Below are positions 9,258-18,698 of a stretch of 64,000 bases of DNA, piece by piece. The stretch is taken from positions 35,932-99,931 of the forward strand of contig JBFMBK010000007.1 in assembly GCA_040755295.1 (NCBI GenBank). The letters are read 5' to 3'. A program made the translations under genes and the position numbers. The notes under the pieces were generated by a model. That model saw only the letters and a list, made by a program, of their open reading frames with translations, made no database searches and was not told where the DNA came from. The number at the start of each line of letters is the position of its first letter. Positions within the stretch are counted from its first letter, which is position 1. The DNA is from Bacillota bacterium. Lineage in GTDB: Bacteria > Bacillota > Desulfotomaculia > Desulfotomaculales > Ammonificaceae.

Positions 9258-9434
9258 AGACAGGCTCCGTTTGGCAACAGCCTCCTAAAGAGCATTAAGC
9301 CCGTGTAATATATAATCGATAGATGTTGGATCTATTGAAGCGTGTGTTTCTTAATATGAAACGTAACCTTAAGGCTTTTTCTAATATTACCGGTACTCCG
9401 AAACTAATTTAGACTCCTCTGGAGGAACCCTAAT

Positions 9435-12400
9435 ATGACTCTTCGCAAAAAAACGCTTCTGATCGTCGGGGTAGTACTGGCTTGCATGGTGGCGGTATTA
9501 AGTATCGGATCCCAAAGACTGCTTATGGAGGGCATTTCCAATATCGAGGATCAGAAAATCGAAAAAAACCTTGGCATATCGTTAAACGCCTTGTCGGGAC
9601 TGTTGGAAGACCTGGATGTTAAACTGGCTGATTGGGCCGCGTGGGATGATACCTACGCTTTTATGGAGAATAAGAACAGTGAATACATCAAATCAAACCT
9701 TGTGGATTCGTCGTTCTTGAACCAGGATATCAACTTAGTTGCGTTTATCGATTCCTCAGGCCGGATTGTATTTGCTGGATGCTTTGATCTTGATACAAAA
9801 ACTGAAACGCCCGTACCTCAAAGCCTCAAGAAGTACCTTTCTCCGGGCAGTCCGGTTTTCCGTAAGGAAGAGAGCGTAAAGGGGATAATCAATCTGCCCG
9901 AAGGCCCCCTGCTTGTGGCGGCACGGCCGGTCTTGACCAGTCAGGGCAGCGGGCCCAGCCGCGGGACGGCAGTGATGGGAAGATACCTCGACGACTCGGT
10001 AGTTGCGCAACTCGCGGAAACCACCGGTTTGTCGCTTACGGGACATTATTGGGACGACCCCCGAATGCCGCCTGACTTCCAAGAAGCGCGGGGTTTGTTA
10101 ACCAACCGGACGTATCTTCTGTCACTACCTGCCGACGAGGCAAAAGCAACCGGATATGCGTTGGTAAAGGACCTTAACGGCCAGCCGGCTTTCATACTAG
10201 GGATGGAGACGCAGCGGGAGTTGTATTCGTTAGGCCGGGATAACATGCGCCGGTTTGTCTTATTCTTCGCAATGCTGGGGCTTGTACCCGGCTTTGTGGC
10301 CTTATTGTTTTTAGAAAGGGTTGTTTTGTCCCGTTTAGACCGTCTTGGCAAGGAAGTTCGCGGCATCGGCGCCAGCGGTGATCTGTCGGCACGCATACCG
10401 GTGACCGGCAAGGATGAACTATCGGGCCTCACAAGTACGATCAACGAGATGTTGGACGGTCAGGAGCAGTACCAACGGAAAATACAGGAGAGCGAGGAAT
10501 TGTTTAAAACCTTGTCGGAAAGCTCCCAGACCGGTATTTACATTGTTCAAGAGGGAAGGTTCAAATTTGTTAATCCCCGTTTCCCAACACTTACCGGTTA
10601 CAGCCCCGAAGAGTTGGTGGACATGGAATCATACCGACTGGTCTTTCCAGAGGATAGAAGCATGGCCAGGGAGAATGCGGTGGAAATGCTGAAGGGCAGG
10701 CGTCTTGTCCCATACGAATTCAGGATTCTGACCAAGGACGGTGAGATAAGGTGGATGATGGAAACGGTCAGCTCAATCCGATATCAGGGGAGACAGGCGA
10801 CCCTGGGAAACTCCGTGGATATAACAGAGTACAAAACGGTTGAAGAGGCGCTGCGCGAATCGGAGGCAAAATACCGGACTGTTTTCGAAAACACCGGGAC
10901 CGCTCTTGCTATTATCGAAGAAGATACAACACTGTCCCTAATAAATACGGAGTTTGAGAAACTCACGGGTTTTTCCAAAGGGGAAGTTCAGGGAAAGAAA
11001 AGTTGGACGGAGTTTGTATCGGACAGAGTGCTTTCTAAAATGCTTCAGTTTCATCGCCTGCGCCGGATTGACCCTGATGCCGCCCCGAGGGATTACGAGT
11101 TCGAGTTCGTTGACAGGAACGGTATGGTCTTGAATGTCCTGATTACCATCGCGATGATCCCGGGGACGAAAAAGAGCGTCGCTTCTCTCCTTGAAAACAC
11201 CGAGCGGAAGCGGGCCGAGGAGGCGTTAAAGGAAAACGAGGCGCGCTTGCGCCAGATTACGGACAACATGCTGGATATCATCAGCCAAACGGACGTTGAG
11301 GGAGAGCTTCAATATATAAGCCCGTCGCATAGATACGTCCTGGGGTACGAACCGCAAGACCTGCCGGGAAAGACCGTGTTCGACTACGTACATCCGGATG
11401 ATCGAAGCGGCGTGGTGGAAGCCTTTAGAAAGGTTATCGAAACCCGGTTGGGAACGCGGACGGAATATCGTTACCGGCATGCTGACGGGCATTATGTTTG
11501 GCTGGAAGCAAGCATAACGCACATGCTTAATGAGAATGACAGGGTAGCCGGGGCTGTTATCGGCGCCCGTGATGTTTCGGAACGGAAACAGATGGAGGAG
11601 CAGTTAGGGAACGCCAAGGCGCTTTTAGAGGGAGTGTTGGACGCCATACCGGACGCCGTCGGCATTCAGGATCCCGACCACCGGATCATTCGGCTGAACC
11701 AGGCCGGTTACCAGTTGCTGAACCTCACCCCCGAAGAAGCCCAGGGGAAAAGGTGTTATGAACTAATCGGCCGAGCTAACAGGTGCCGGCCGTGCGCCAC
11801 CGAGCGGGCGTGGAAAACGAAGCGGTTGGAGAGGGTGGAGAAGTTCGTTCCCGAGCTTGGCTTATATCTGGACTGCCGGAGCAATCCCATCCTTGACGAG
11901 AATGGCGAGATACAGATGGTAGTGGAACAGTTTTACGATGTCACTGAGCGCCGGCGCATGGAGGAGCAGTTGTGGCACCTGAGTCTGCACGACAACCTTA
12001 CCGGTCTATACAGCCGTACATACTTCGAAGAAGAGATGCGCCGGTTGGAGGGAAGCCGCCATGCCCCGATAGGTGTGATTGTCTGTGATGTGGACGGGCT
12101 TAAGCTTGCAAACGACACCCTGGGCCACAGTGCCGGAGACAGGCTGCTGATGGCCGCGGCTGAAGCAATCCGTAAATCTTTCCGCCCGGAAGACATGGTT
12201 GCAAGAATCGGCGGCGATGAGTTCGCCGTCCTTCTTCCCAACAGCGGAAGAACTATTGTGGAAGAAGCCTGTCGCAGGGTTCGTGATGCCGTCGCCGCGT
12301 ACAATACACAAAACCCCGAGGTTCCCCTTAGCATTTCTGTCGGATTTGCGGTAAGCGATGAAAAGGGCGCCAACATGGTCGACCTTTTTAAAGAAGCCGA

Positions 12401-13013
12401 CAACAATATGTACCGGGAAAAGCTGCACAGCAGCCAGAGCGCCCGCAGCGCCACCGTTCAAACCCTGATGAAGACACTTGAGGCAAAAGACTTTATCACC
12501 GAAGGACATGTTGATCGCCTGCAAAACCTGGTGGCTAGTCTGGCGGCTGCTGTAGGCGTTCCAGAGAGTAAGATAAACGATTTGCGTCTTTTGGCTTTAT
12601 TCCACGACATCGGCAAGGTGGGCGTATCGGACCGCATCCTGCTTAAGCCGGGGCCCCTGACACCTGAGGAACGAGTCGAAATGCAACGACACTGCGAGAT
12701 AGGGCACCGCATCGCCCAGTCCATTCCCGACTTGCCGCCGATTGCCAATTGGATTCTTAAGCACCATGAATGGTGGAACGGGGAAGGTTATCCTTTGGGG
12801 CTGGAGGAAGAAGAAATCCCGCTTGAGTGCCGGATCCTGGCCATTGCAGATGCCTATGACGCCATGACCAACGACCGTCCTTATCGCAAGGCGATGAACC
12901 GAAAGGAGGCTCTTGATGAACTGCAAAGGTGCGCCGGTACTCAATTCGATGAAGAGTTGGTTGAAGTATTCGTAAAAATGATCGAAGAAGAGTCAGTAAA
13001 CTCGGAAGAATAA
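9435..13013 (+). CDS. CHASE4-HAMP-multi-PAS-GGDEF-HD-GYP signalling protein (c-di-GMP synthesis plus hydrolysis domains)
   Basis: N-terminal TM segment, then a CHASE4-like signature LADWAAWDDTYAFM, a second TM plus HAMP, and about four PAS repeats. The GGDEF motif is intact (RIGGDEF) with an RxxD I-site (RPED) five residues upstream. The HD-GYP module has LFHDIGK and HHEWWNGEGYP. Confidence 0.9.
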   Translation: MTLRKKTLLIVGVVLACMVAVLSIGSQRLLMEGISNIEDQKIEKNLGISLNALSGLLEDLDVKLADWAAWDDTYAFMENKNSEYIKSNLVDSSFLNQDINLVAFIDSSGRIVFAGCFDLDTKTETPVPQSLKKYLSPGSPVFRKEESVKGIINLPEGPLLVAARPVLTSQGSGPSRGTAVMGRYLDDSVVAQLAETTGLSLTGHYWDDPRMPPDFQEARGLLTNRTYLLSLPADEAKATGYALVKDLNGQPAFILGMETQRELYSLGRDNMRRFVLFFAMLGLVPGFVALLFLERVVLSRLDRLGKEVRGIGASGDLSARIPVTGKDELSGLTSTINEMLDGQEQYQRKIQESEELFKTLSESSQTGIYIVQEGRFKFVNPRFPTLTGYSPEELVDMESYRLVFPEDRSMARENAVEMLKGRRLVPYEFRILTKDGEIRWMMETVSSIRYQGRQATLGNSVDITEYKTVEEALRESEAKYRTVFENTGTALAIIEEDTTLSLINTEFEKLTGFSKGEVQGKKSWTEFVSDRVLSKMLQFHRLRRIDPDAAPRDYEFEFVDRNGMVLNVLITIAMIPGTKKSVASLLENTERKRAEEALKENEARLRQITDNMLDIISQTDVEGELQYISPSHRYVLGYEPQDLPGKTVFDYVHPDDRSGVVEAFRKVIETRLGTRTEYRYRHADGHYVWLEASITHMLNENDRVAGAVIGARDVSERKQMEEQLGNAKALLEGVLDAIPDAVGIQDPDHRIIRLNQAGYQLLNLTPEEAQGKRCYELIGRANRCRPCATERAWKTKRLERVEKFVPELGLYLDCRSNPILDENGEIQMVVEQFYDVTERRRMEEQLWHLSLHDNLTGLYSRTYFEEEMRRLEGSRHAPIGVIVCDVDGLKLANDTLGHSAGDRLLMAAAEAIRKSFRPEDMVARIGGDEFAVLLPNSGRTIVEEACRRVRDAVAAYNTQNPEVPLSISVGFAVSDEKGANMVDLFKEADNNMYREKLHSSQSARSATVQTLMKTLEAKDFITEGHVDRLQNLVASLAAAVGVPESKINDLRLLALFHDIGKVGVSDRILLKPGPLTPEERVEMQRHCEIGHRIAQSIPDLPPIANWILKHHEWWNGEGYPLGLEEEEIPLECRILAIADAYDAMTNDRPYRKAMNRKEALDELQRCAGTQFDEELVEVFVKMIEEESVNSEE

Positions 13014-13020
13014 ATGCACT

Positions 13021-13056
13021 AAGGTCAATCCTCCTTGAGCAGGATTGACCTTTTCC
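13021..13056. terminator. bidirectional hairpin terminator between convergent genes
   Basis: 12-bp stem aaggtcaatcct / aggattgacctt with an 8-nt loop, T-rich on the + side. It lies between the stop at 13013 (+) and the stop at 13082 (-). Confidence 0.6.
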
Positions 13057-13081
13057 GTGTTGGGGTTTAGCAGGGCTGCTG

Positions 13082-13435
13082 TTAAGGTTCGACTTTCTCC
13101 GACCGGAGCAGGTATTGATGGAAAAAGTACTCTCCAAGCGCGATCAGTACTCCAAAAATAAGCAGTGAAAGAAGAGTGGTCCGAAAAGCCGGAACAAGAA
13201 GGTCAACCACATAGGCGGTTATTACGCCCATAAGACCGTCACCTATTGCCGCCACGATGTTGCCGAAAGCAGGAAGAACCAGCAGGTCGCCCACAAGATA
13301 ATTAAGGGCGGTTGCTATAATGGCGACAACAATTACCCATCCCCAGGTATTCCCTCTAATGAAGCCCAGTGTAGCAGACGCAAAAACGAAAGTCATGACC
13401 AATTTGACCAGAAGAGCTGATCCTGTCTTACTCAT
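13082..13435 (-). CDS. small 4-TM membrane protein, DUF2512/YndM-like
   Basis: 117 aa and almost entirely hydrophobic helices (..NYLVGDLLVLPAFGNIVAAIGDGLMGVITAYVVDL..). The family call is from memory of DUF2512-type sequences. Confidence 0.55.
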   Translation of the reverse strand: MSKTGSALLVKLVMTFVFASATLGFIRGNTWGWVIVVAIIATALNYLVGDLLVLPAFGNIVAAIGDGLMGVITAYVVDLLVPAFRTTLLSLLIFGVLIALGEYFFHQYLLRSEKVEP

Positions 13436-13766
13436 GCTTTCACCCCCAATGTATTTTTTCCACGGAGGTGTTTTTTTATCCGGCGGTTCTGTCTTCCCGC
13501 TCTCGCGGGAAGATGCGGCTTTGTTGCGGACTAAAAAGCGAGCTGTTTTTAACGGGCTGAACTTTTTTGACGTTAAAAGGCGAATGGCAGTGAATTATCG
13601 TGATAATTAAAATATAATAATGGGGCAAGAGACAGAGTGGCCATGTTTTACCCGCGTCGTTGTGTATACGAATTATAGGAAAGTCATAAAGGAAATTCCG
13701 GCAGCTGTTATTTCGGGAGGAAATGAATTGACAGGAAAGAGGCCGAAAAAGCGAAACGACCAGAGC

Positions 13767-14588
13767 ATGGGGAAAGACGAACGTATCGCAGACGGCGCCT
13801 GCGACGGCGGCCGCTCTTCCGGGCGGTCCCCCCGGCTGTTTATACCCCGGAAGGATTGGCGGGAAGATGTTGTTCCGGTGCGCGGGGAAGATGTGCGCTA
13901 CCTTACGCGTGTCTTGCGGCTGGGCACCGGTGATGCCGTAACCGTTCTCGACGGTCAGGGGAGAGAGTTTAGCGCGGTCATAAAGACCGTCAGCAAGGAG
14001 GCGGTATTACTCGCCCTTGTAAGGGAGATTACGCCGGATACCGAAACGGGGGTTAAGGTTACGCTTTTTCAAGCCGTTCCCAAAGGGGACAAGATGGATC
14101 TTGTGGTCCAAAAGACAACGGAACTCGGCGCGTTCCGCATTGTGCCGGTTATCACGGAAAGAGTGGTCGTGCGTCCTGATGAAACGCAGGCTGCAAGGCG
14201 GCGGGACAGGTGGCAGCGGATAGCGCGCGATGCGTCGAGGCAGTGCGGCCGGTCCGTGGTGCCGGCGGTGGAATCCTTTCTTTCCTTCCAGGCGGCGCTG
14301 GAACTGCATCATGACGCTTCTCTTACGGGGATAATGCCATGGGAGGGAGAAGCGGATCTCTCGTTACGCGGTTTCTTGACGGGCGTCCTCAACGTTCCGC
14401 CCGCGGAAAGAAGAGGCGGTATTTCCATCTTTATCGGACCGGAGGGCGGTTTCAGCCTGGCTGAGGTTGAAGCCGCGCGTATGCTCGGGGTGGTAACGGT
14501 CAGTTTAGGGAAACGAATCCTTCGTACCGAAACGGCGGGAATGGTCACACTCGCCTTGGTGCTTCATGCGTTCGGCGAATTAGGATGA
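13767..14588 (+). CDS. rsmE: 16S rRNA (uracil1498-N3)-methyltransferase
   Basis: C-terminal SPOUT motifs (FIGPEGGFSLAEVEAA..LGKRILRTETAGMVTLALV) and the N-terminal PUA-like PRLFIP..G. The ORF is open from 13620. The ATG at 13767 is the nearest start before the conserved N-terminus, but the start remains uncertain. Confidence 0.8.
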   Translation: MGKDERIADGACDGGRSSGRSPRLFIPRKDWREDVVPVRGEDVRYLTRVLRLGTGDAVTVLDGQGREFSAVIKTVSKEAVLLALVREITPDTETGVKVTLFQAVPKGDKMDLVVQKTTELGAFRIVPVITERVVVRPDETQAARRRDRWQRIARDASRQCGRSVVPAVESFLSFQAALELHHDASLTGIMPWEGEADLSLRGFLTGVLNVPPAERRGGISIFIGPEGGFSLAEVEAARMLGVVTVSLGKRILRTETAGMVTLALVLHAFGELG

Positions 14589-14600
14589 TAGGGGTGTCAC

Positions 14601-15899
14601 ATGCCGAGTGTTGCTTTTTATACCTTGGGGTGTAAGGTGAACCAGTACGAAAGCGCGGCCCTTGCCTCGCTTTTTGCCGGTCACGGCTATCATATCGTCG
14701 ACCCCGGGACGGGGGCGGATGTTTATGTAATCAATACCTGCACCGTCACCGGCACGGCGGATCAGAAGTCACGACAGGCCGTAAGGCGCGCCGTTCGACG
14801 GAATCCAAACGCTACGGTGGTGGTAACCGGCTGCTACGCCCAACTTTCGCCGGAAAAAGTAGCCGCTATTCCCGGTGTTGATATAGTGATCGGAACCAGT
14901 GGGCGCAAAGAAATGGTCAAAATGGTAGAGAAAGCGATGACGACCGGGTCCCGGATCGTGAGGGTTCACGATTTTACAGACGATTGCGCTTTTGAGGAAA
15001 TCCCCGCCCTTTTTGAGGCCAGGACGCGAGCCTATCTCAAGATACAGGAAGGCTGCCGGGATTTCTGTACCTATTGTCTTGTTCCATACGCCCGGGGGCC
15101 GCTGAGAAGCCGGTTCCCGGATGCGGTCCTTCAGGAGGCGGAGCGTTTAGTCGCCGCCGGATTCAAAGAGCTGGTCCTGACCGGTATCAACATCGGAAAC
15201 TACGGAATTGAACTCAGCCCGACGGTCGGACTGCATAGGCTGATTTCGCTAATCCTGGAGCTCCCCGGCGTCGCCCGGGTACGTCTGAGTTCGATCGAGC
15301 CGGGGAATGTCGTACCGGGTTTAGGTGATTTAATGGCGGATGAACCGCGGTTCTGCCCGCACCTTCACCTGCCGTTGCAGAGCGGTGACGATGACATACT
15401 TAGACTAATGGGCCGAAGGTACCGTACGGCGGATTACCGGGCTATGGTCGGTCGTCTGCGCGAACGTATGCCCGATGTTTCGGTTAGTACGGATGTGATG
15501 GTCGGCTTTCCGGGCGAAACCGAAGCAGCGTTTACAAATACGGTATCTTTTATCCATGAAACCGGTTTTTCCGGGCTTCACGTTTTTAAGTTCTCGCCCC
15601 GGCCGGGTACGCCTGCTCAGACCTTTTCGGGCCAGGTGCACGGGCGGGAAAAGGAAAGACGTTTGCGTCTGCTGCTTGAGGAAAGCGGGGATTTAACGGC
15701 CGCCTTTGCCGCCCGCTTTGTCGGCCGGGTGGTGCACGTGCTGGTGGAAAGGATGTGTCCCGAAGGGTTTTGCGAGGGGTTCAGCGAGCACTACCTTCCT
15801 GTTGCTTTTGAGGGGGCGGAAGAATCTGCGGGCCGTATCGTACCGGTAAAAATCTCTGCGTTCGATAAAGGAGTTCTTAACGGATTTTCCTCTTTTTAA
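14601..15899 (+). CDS. mtaB: tRNA methylthiotransferase, MtaB (YqeV)-type radical SAM enzyme
   Basis: UPF0004 N-domain (FYTLGCKVNQYES), radical SAM motif CRDFCTYC and a C-terminal TRAM-like region. It follows rsmE, as in the Bacillus yqeU-yqeV arrangement. Confidence 0.85.
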   Translation: MPSVAFYTLGCKVNQYESAALASLFAGHGYHIVDPGTGADVYVINTCTVTGTADQKSRQAVRRAVRRNPNATVVVTGCYAQLSPEKVAAIPGVDIVIGTSGRKEMVKMVEKAMTTGSRIVRVHDFTDDCAFEEIPALFEARTRAYLKIQEGCRDFCTYCLVPYARGPLRSRFPDAVLQEAERLVAAGFKELVLTGINIGNYGIELSPTVGLHRLISLILELPGVARVRLSSIEPGNVVPGLGDLMADEPRFCPHLHLPLQSGDDDILRLMGRRYRTADYRAMVGRLRERMPDVSVSTDVMVGFPGETEAAFTNTVSFIHETGFSGLHVFKFSPRPGTPAQTFSGQVHGREKERRLRLLLEESGDLTAAFAARFVGRVVHVLVERMCPEGFCEGFSEHYLPVAFEGAEESAGRIVPVKISAFDKGVLNGFSSF

Positions 15900-15978
15900 A
15901 ATAAAAGGGTCTATCTGTTGCAGTGCGGAAGGATTTTTTATAAACATGTGGAATATTCACATTTTGGAGGTGTAGTGC

Positions 15979-16323
15979 GTGGAAGAATGTCTCTTCTGCC
16001 GGATAATCAACAAAGAGATTCCGGCAACGGTGGTATATGAAGATGAAGACATCCTGGCCTTCAACGATATAAACCCCGTAGCGCCGATACACGTACTGCT
16101 TATTCCCAAGAAGCATATCAGCACTTTTTTCACCATGGAGCCGGGGGATGAAATCCTGGTGGGCAAGCTCCACCAGGTTGCCACGCGCGTAGCACAGAGC
16201 TTGGGCCTGACCGAAAAGGGATTCCGCTTGGTGTCCAATTGCCAGCGGGGTGGGGGGCAGTTGGTTTTCCACCTTCACTTCCACCTGATCGCCGGACGTC
16301 CTTTCGGATGGCCGCCCGGATAG
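15979..16323 (+). CDS. HIT-family nucleotide hydrolase/transferase
   Basis: Histidine triad HLHFHLIAG. GTG start 8 nt after ggagg. 114 aa. Confidence 0.85.
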   Translation: MEECLFCRIINKEIPATVVYEDEDILAFNDINPVAPIHVLLIPKKHISTFFTMEPGDEILVGKLHQVATRVAQSLGLTEKGFRLVSNCQRGGGQLVFHLHFHLIAGRPFGWPPG

Positions 16324-16352
16324 TTGACAGGACCAAGAATTTAGGCTAAAAT
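16324..16352 (+). promoter_or_regulatory. sigma-A-type promoter for rpsU
   Basis: TTGACA (16324-16329), a 17-nt spacer, then TAAAAT (16347-16352), ~120 nt upstream of the rpsU start. Confidence 0.55.
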
Positions 16353-16473
16353 TTTTATATTTATTACTACTGGCAATTGGTTTTTCTTAGAATCACGGAC
16401 AGTTCTGTTTTTAGTTCTAGTTTGGGGTTCAACCCCCGTGTTGTTAAGTTATTTGAGCGGGGGGAGGGGTGGT

Positions 16474-16659
16474 ATGGCAGAAGTTAAGGTTGGCAAAAAC
16501 GAAACCTTGGACAGCGCCCTTAAGCGGTTTAAGCGATCCTGCCAACGGGCCGGCATTTTAGCTGAAGCCCGCAGGCATGAGCATTACGAAAAACCGAGCG
16601 TGCGTCGGAAAAAGAAGTCCGAAGCGGCTCGGCGGCGGCGACGGTCGTTTAGCACTTAG
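16474..16659 (+). CDS. rpsU: 30S ribosomal protein S21
   Basis: [55 protein letters not shown]. The RBS ggggagggg lies 5 nt upstream of the ATG at 16474. Confidence 0.95.
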   Translation: MAEVKVGKNETLDSALKRFKRSCQRAGILAEARRHEHYEKPSVRRKKKSEAARRRRRSFST

Positions 16660-16677
16660 GGACTAATAACTCTGAAC

Positions 16678-16712
16678 AAAAAGTTGCCTTGTACATAAGG
16701 CAACTTTTTTAT
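16678..16712 (+). terminator. rho-independent terminator of rpsU
   Basis: Stem aagttgcctt / aaggcaactt with loop gtacat, followed by ttttttatttt. Confidence 0.8.
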
Positions 16713-16756
16713 TTTTAGCATTCAGGCATCTCCCTACAGGAGCGTAGATAAGCTTT

Positions 16757-16856
16757 CGGATGTCAGGTGTAGGCGGTAAGAAGTTGAATTTCTCGAAGAT
16801 TCGCTGTTGCGAATTACTCTGTTGGGTCTGACTCTGATCTTTGGCTTCCGTCATCT
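16757..16856. repeat. intergenic element with central attcgc-NNNN-gcgaat hairpin (paralogue of 19696-19808)
   Basis: Purine-rich arm cggatgtcaggtgtaggcggtaagaagt, centre gattcgc-tgtt-gcgaatt, then actctgttgggtctgactctgatct. The architecture and core match the 19.7-kb copy. Confidence 0.6.
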
Positions 16857-17080
16857 GAATTTGGTACGTTCAGCGCTGCCCAGGCCGCTTTCACGTTCTG
16901 CTTGCGTCGATAATTTTTTATTTTATCTCTCCCACGGGCATAGAGATCTATAGGAGCGCCGTAAATCTTTTAGTCGGCCTTAAATGTGTCCCGGAGCAGG
17001 GACTGCGGGCTGGAAGGAACTCTTGACTGTCCCCCTTACTTCGCAGTAATAAAACGGCCTTCTTGCGGAGGGATTTTTTT

Positions 17081-17362
17081 ATGCATTTTCGGGATATGCA
17101 GCAAAAAATTAAAAGGAAGGCTGTCAGCGTATTGGAGTTACCAAGTGACGTGGCCTTGGACCTCCCTAAAATCATCATTACGGGAAATGTCCATGTTTTA
17201 ATTGAAAATCACCGGGGTATTTTGGCTTACAGCCGGGAGACAATCAAGGTTCTGGTACAGGTAGGTGAAGTGATTGTGTCAGGCCGGAACCTGGTTATTC
17301 GCAGTATCGCCGCCGACGAGGTGGCGGTTGAGGGAGAAATTCAGGGGGTGACTTTCAGTTAA
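17081..17362 (+). CDS. yqfC: sporulation protein YqfC
   Basis: LELPSDVALDLPKIIITGNVHVLIENHRGILAYSRETIKV..VSGRNLVIRSIAADEVAVEGEIQGVTF. The ATG at 17081 lies 8 nt after ggaggg and gives 93 aa. The ORF track frame opens at 17063. Confidence 0.85.
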   Translation: MHFRDMQQKIKRKAVSVLELPSDVALDLPKIIITGNVHVLIENHRGILAYSRETIKVLVQVGEVIVSGRNLVIRSIAADEVAVEGEIQGVTFS

Positions 17363-17460
17363 GTTGCGAGTTGCGAGTGACGAGTTCCGGGTTTCGCGTT
17401 CCGGGTTTCTTGCTTCCAACTCGCAACTCGTACCCCGTAACTCGAGACTCGCGACTTCTG
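17363..17460. repeat. structured repeat element filling the yqfC-yqfD junction
   Basis: gttgcgagttgcgag (17363-17377) pairs with caactcgcaac (17417-17427). The loop contains the tandem gttccgggtttc x2 with a 14-nt period. The right end is cgcgacttctg. Confidence 0.65.
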
Positions 17461-17477
17461 TTTTAGGAGGGTTGATC

Positions 17478-18680
17478 TTGCGCTTCATTTCTTACCTGAG
17501 AGGTTATGTTTCTCTAGTAGTCGAAGGAAGGGCGCTTGAACGTTTCATAAACATGGCGGTGAGCCGTGGTATTAAGTTTTGGGACGTAGCCCGTTTGGAC
17601 AAAGAAAGGTTGATCCTCCGGGTCCGCCTCGGCGCCGTGGGTTCTTTGAGGCATATAGCCCGCCGCACGGCCTGCAGTTTTAAGGTAACGGAGAAGATGG
17701 GACTTCCTTTTATGATTTGGAGCATGCGTAAACGCAAGGCGTTGTATGGCGGGGCGCTCTTCTTTTTCGCTGTGTTGTACTTTTTGTCTTCATTCGTCTG
17801 GTCGGTCGAGGTTCACGGGGCGAAAAGGACGGATCCGGCGGTTGTCCGCCGGGTCGCGGCTGAAGCCGGTTTAAAGACCGGTACACTTAGATATCGTGTC
17901 CGGGAGACGGAAGTTGAACAGTTGATAATGGAGAAGTTGCCCGACATCGCCTGGGTCGGGGTTGATGTACAGGGCAGCAAGGCCAGGGTCACCATAGCGG
18001 AGAAAAAGCTGCCGGTGAGGTTCCCGACAACCCCGGCGCATGTCGTCGCCCGAAAGACGGGTCTGGTAAAAGAGCTTCTTGTGCTTGAAGGCCAGCCCCT
18101 GGTCAGCGAAGGGGACACGGTGATTGCGGGACAGGTATTGATATCGGGTGTGGTGGTTCCGGAAGAGGTTGGGGAATCCGGGACTGTTCCCGGCCCGCCC
18201 GTTTATGTACGGGCCAAGGGGCTCGTTCGGGCACGTGTTTGGTATCAGGGTTACGGGGAGGCGGCACTGTTGGAAAAAGGCAGCCGGGATGGAAAAGTTG
18301 CGCGGACCTTGTTTATAAAGACAGGAGAACGTGAAATCAGGCTGGTTGGTCCAAGACAACCGCCTTTTCGATCCTTCAAGGTCCGGAAGACGTCAAAAAG
18401 GCCTATGCAATGGAGGAATTTTGGCGTTCCCGTGGAACTGATAATAAAAGAATACGTTGAGCTTGTACCTTATGAAACCCGGCGCAGCCGGGCCCAGGCC
18501 CGAGAGCTTGCGGAAAAAAGGGCGCGGTCGGCCGTAAGCTCTTCCTTACCGGGACAAAGGCTTATACTTAGGCAAAACGTGGAGGAAATCCGTACGGCGC
18601 AGCCCGAAGGCCTGGTCCGGGTGAGGCTTAAGGCGGAAGTCCTCGAAGAAATAGGTGTGGTAAAAGACTTTAATCCTTGA
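17478..18680 (+). CDS. yqfD: sporulation protein YqfD
   Basis: The N-terminus LRFISYLRGYVSLVVEGRALERFINMAVSRGIKFWDV is typical of YqfD. TTG at 17478, 7 nt after aggagg. The 38 codons upstream in the track ORF (from 17364) are the repeat element read in frame. Confidence 0.85.
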   Translation: MRFISYLRGYVSLVVEGRALERFINMAVSRGIKFWDVARLDKERLILRVRLGAVGSLRHIARRTACSFKVTEKMGLPFMIWSMRKRKALYGGALFFFAVLYFLSSFVWSVEVHGAKRTDPAVVRRVAAEAGLKTGTLRYRVRETEVEQLIMEKLPDIAWVGVDVQGSKARVTIAEKKLPVRFPTTPAHVVARKTGLVKELLVLEGQPLVSEGDTVIAGQVLISGVVVPEEVGESGTVPGPPVYVRAKGLVRARVWYQGYGEAALLEKGSRDGKVARTLFIKTGEREIRLVGPRQPPFRSFKVRKTSKRPMQWRNFGVPVELIIKEYVELVPYETRRSRAQARELAEKRARSAVSSSLPGQRLILRQNVEEIRTAQPEGLVRVRLKAEVLEEIGVVKDFNP

Positions 18681-18698
18681 GGGGGTTAGTAATACAGT

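Noticed and set aside
9113-9298. 61-aa ORF in the 8.6-9.4 kb gap.
   Set aside because: It is composed almost entirely of the imperfect-palindromic repeat element, with no RBS and no motif.
12006-12524. 172/173-aa antisense ORFs inside the GGDEF region (11933-12454 and 12006-12524), and similar ones inside other long genes.
   Set aside because: They lie opposite a strongly supported multi-domain CDS and have no independent motifs.
17364-17477. N-terminal 38 codons of the 438-aa yqfD track ORF.
   Set aside because: This segment is the palindromic repeat element read in frame. The conserved YqfD N-terminus and a good RBS begin at 17478.
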